DNA of 33,472 nt from Octopus bimaculoides (taxonomy: Eukaryota), in assembly GCF_001194135.2 (NCBI RefSeq), contig NC_069002.1, positions 5,915,200 through 5,948,671 on the forward strand, in the 5' to 3' direction. The notes beneath the pieces are model-generated. The model searched no databases. It was not told where the DNA came from and saw nothing but the letters and a program-made list of their open reading frames with translations. This document shows, one piece after another, positions 1 through 33,472 of the stretch (its first letter is position 1; each line of letters begins with the position of its first letter). The translations under genes were made by a program, and so were the position numbers.

Positions 1-462
1 ATATATATATATATATATATATATATACTTATATAGATAATAATAATAAATGGAGCAAAACGCATGTCGATGAAAGTTCCTTTAATTCCTACATATATGT
101 TTCGAAATAAATGATAGTTCCTTCACAAAGAAGAAAGAGCTGTTGGAGTCCTCATTTATTTCTCTTCAGGGAGTTCATATCACTTTAACTCGGTATATCA
201 ACCTGTAAAGCAGCTGGGATATCTTGTTTTTTAGTGTAATTTTGCTACCCCTGGTAACTATTAACGTATTCAAATTATCGAAAGTTTTAATAACCGAGAT
301 AATATTAATATATACATAAACTAATATATACTTATATATATATTTACTTATTTACATATCAATCAAAACAGAAGAGAGGAAAAATTTGGTATATTTTTAC
401 ATATACAAACTATATAGCTGTATGCATGTAAATACATACATACATACATACATACATATGTG

Positions 463-599
463 TACTCTTTTACTTGTTTCAGTGATGTGACTGTGGCCAT
501 GCTGGAGCACCGCCTTTAGTCGAGCAAATCGACCCCCAAGGCTTATTCTTTGTAAGCCTAGTACTTTTATATCGGTCTCTTTTGCCGAACTGCTAAGTC
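463..599 (-). mobile_element. SINE family A 3' end. Further minus-strand fragments at about 8745-8826, 10322-10505, 17530-17610, 22925-22980, 23490-23570, 27862-27945, 29050-29170 and 29372-29437
   Basis: Shared motifs TTGTTTCAGT...GGCCATGCTGGAGCAC and AAGCCTAGTACTT, or head motif GAACC...CTTCTTACCACACAGC; boundaries approximate. Confidence 0.8.
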
Positions 600-1146
600 T
601 AGACTGTTGATTAACAGCCCAGTCAAGATGGTATTTTCTTCATCTCCTACTCTTGTATTTGCACACATCTACAAAATGACTTTCTGAAATGAACTTCCAT
701 TATGCAGCTGAGGAGTACATTTTCATTGCACATCTTATGTGGTGTTCTCACTACATAAATAAATGAAGCTTGTACGAAACGTACATACTGTTATAACCTA
801 ATACATTTTTGTTGCTTTTCTTCAAATTTTATTCACCAAATCTCTTGATTTTGTTTTTGGTTTTTACCCTTCCAAATTCTGGTGCCACGTACATTTTAAG
901 TACCACATNNNNNNNNNNNNNNNNNNNNNNNNNNNNNNNNNNNNNNNNNNNNNNNNNNNNNNNNNNNNNNNNNNNNNNNNNNNNNNNNNNNNNNNNNNNN
1001 NNNNNNNNNNNNNNNNNNNNNNNNNNNNNNNNNNNNNNNNNNNNNNNNNNNNNNNNNNNNNNNNNATATATATATATATATAAACTCAAAAAACAACAGT
1101 TAATGAGGTGTTGATTGCATAGAATTCAAAATGAATCAATACTTAC

Positions 1147-32697
<31,551 letters not shown>

Positions 32698-33472
32698 TCA
32701 CACGGATCAACAAATGACAAAAGGGAGGTAAATTATGTGTCATGCCTTTACCAAAAATATTCATTAACAAAACGAAGTGAATCAGCAGAATTGCCAAAGC
32801 TAGGGATAAATTACATTATGGATTCATTCCCTTTCTTGAGATCAATTTTGCCATAAGCCTTTAGGAGTCAATAAATTCTTCCTGTTTCTCTATGTGTTTG
32901 TCACTCACTTTTCTTTTACTTGAAGAAGTCCAGAAATCAGACCTTGAGAGAGATAAGCTCTGCCAGGTCGAAGAAAAAAAAACAGAAAACCAAAAATGCC
33001 CAAGAAATGTCATACGTCGCAACAGCATCTCTACAGCTGTTTCTGGAGTTGTGGGATCAAGGCAAAACAAGGCATTTATTAATAAAGGACAAGGGCTCAT
33101 ATCATGTCAGAACTCAAACTATATTGCAACACATTTCAGCCACATGTTTTGGGTCCCCTCAGCTTGGGATAGAGATGTTGTATTATAGTCAAGAAAAACA
33201 GAGTCTGAAAAAGCCACAAGGTAAGTCCAAAGGCGATGCTGGTGATTACCTGAGTAGGTACAGTCCTTTGTAAAGTTGTACAGTAGCAGGTAGTTCAGTG
33301 GTTAGACCGTAGTTTAGATTATATACAAGAAGAAAATGCATGTAAATAACAAGAAGAAATTCATCGTTTTTGCTGGTATTAAAGACATACCAGCGAAAAC
33401 GACAAATTTCTTTTTGTTATTTACATGCATTTTCTTCTCGTATATATATACATACATATATATATATATATA

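Noticed and set aside
829-908. Minus frame VVLKMYVAPEFGRVKTKNKIKRFGE* next to the 909-1065 gap as the unc-13 last exon
   Set aside because: Only a superficial likeness to DEVAKEFVKLK; the conserved LRILSQR..DEVA context is absent. The true end is probably outside the window or in the gap.
32892-33273. Two overlapping plus-strand ORFs (98 and 117 aa) with a CAAG|GTAAGT site
   Set aside because: No recognisable protein. Fragments (KLYCNTFQPHV; WVP...D...L...KATR) faintly suggest a decayed CR1/L2 LINE, too weak to call either way.

Overview
AT-rich eukaryotic draft-assembly window with four N gaps and dense microsatellites. The SINE and MITE families look like those I recognise from Octopus/cephalopod genomes (inference). 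The window lies wholly inside one minus-strand gene, unc-13/Munc13, the synaptic-vesicle priming factor. I traced 21 GT-AG exons by hand (32636 down to 1147). They splice in one continuous frame from the end of C2B, through the MUN domain, into C2C. One exon is cut by an N gap, and both gene ends lie outside the readable sequence. The introns carry several tRNA-type SINE families, (GAT)n-tailed retroposons, an RTE LINE 3' fragment, a dead DD37D (maT) Tc1/mariner, three mariner-derived MITEs and TTAA-flanked piggyBac-like MITEs. The best leads are: (1) a 90-nt phase-0 candidate cassette exon (8497-8586) in the variable MUN loop, missing from the ORF track, whose 5' splice site sits in the base of a ~70-nt intronic hairpin; (2) a 131-bp insert ending exactly in a perfect 34-bp hairpin and flanked by a 14-bp duplication; (3) a strong same-strand bias of two SINE families, with a few inverted repeat pairs that bracket frame-preserving exon blocks. 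Nothing prokaryotic (CRISPR, operons, defence systems) is present. Almost all ORF-track entries outside the exons are microsatellite or repeat noise.
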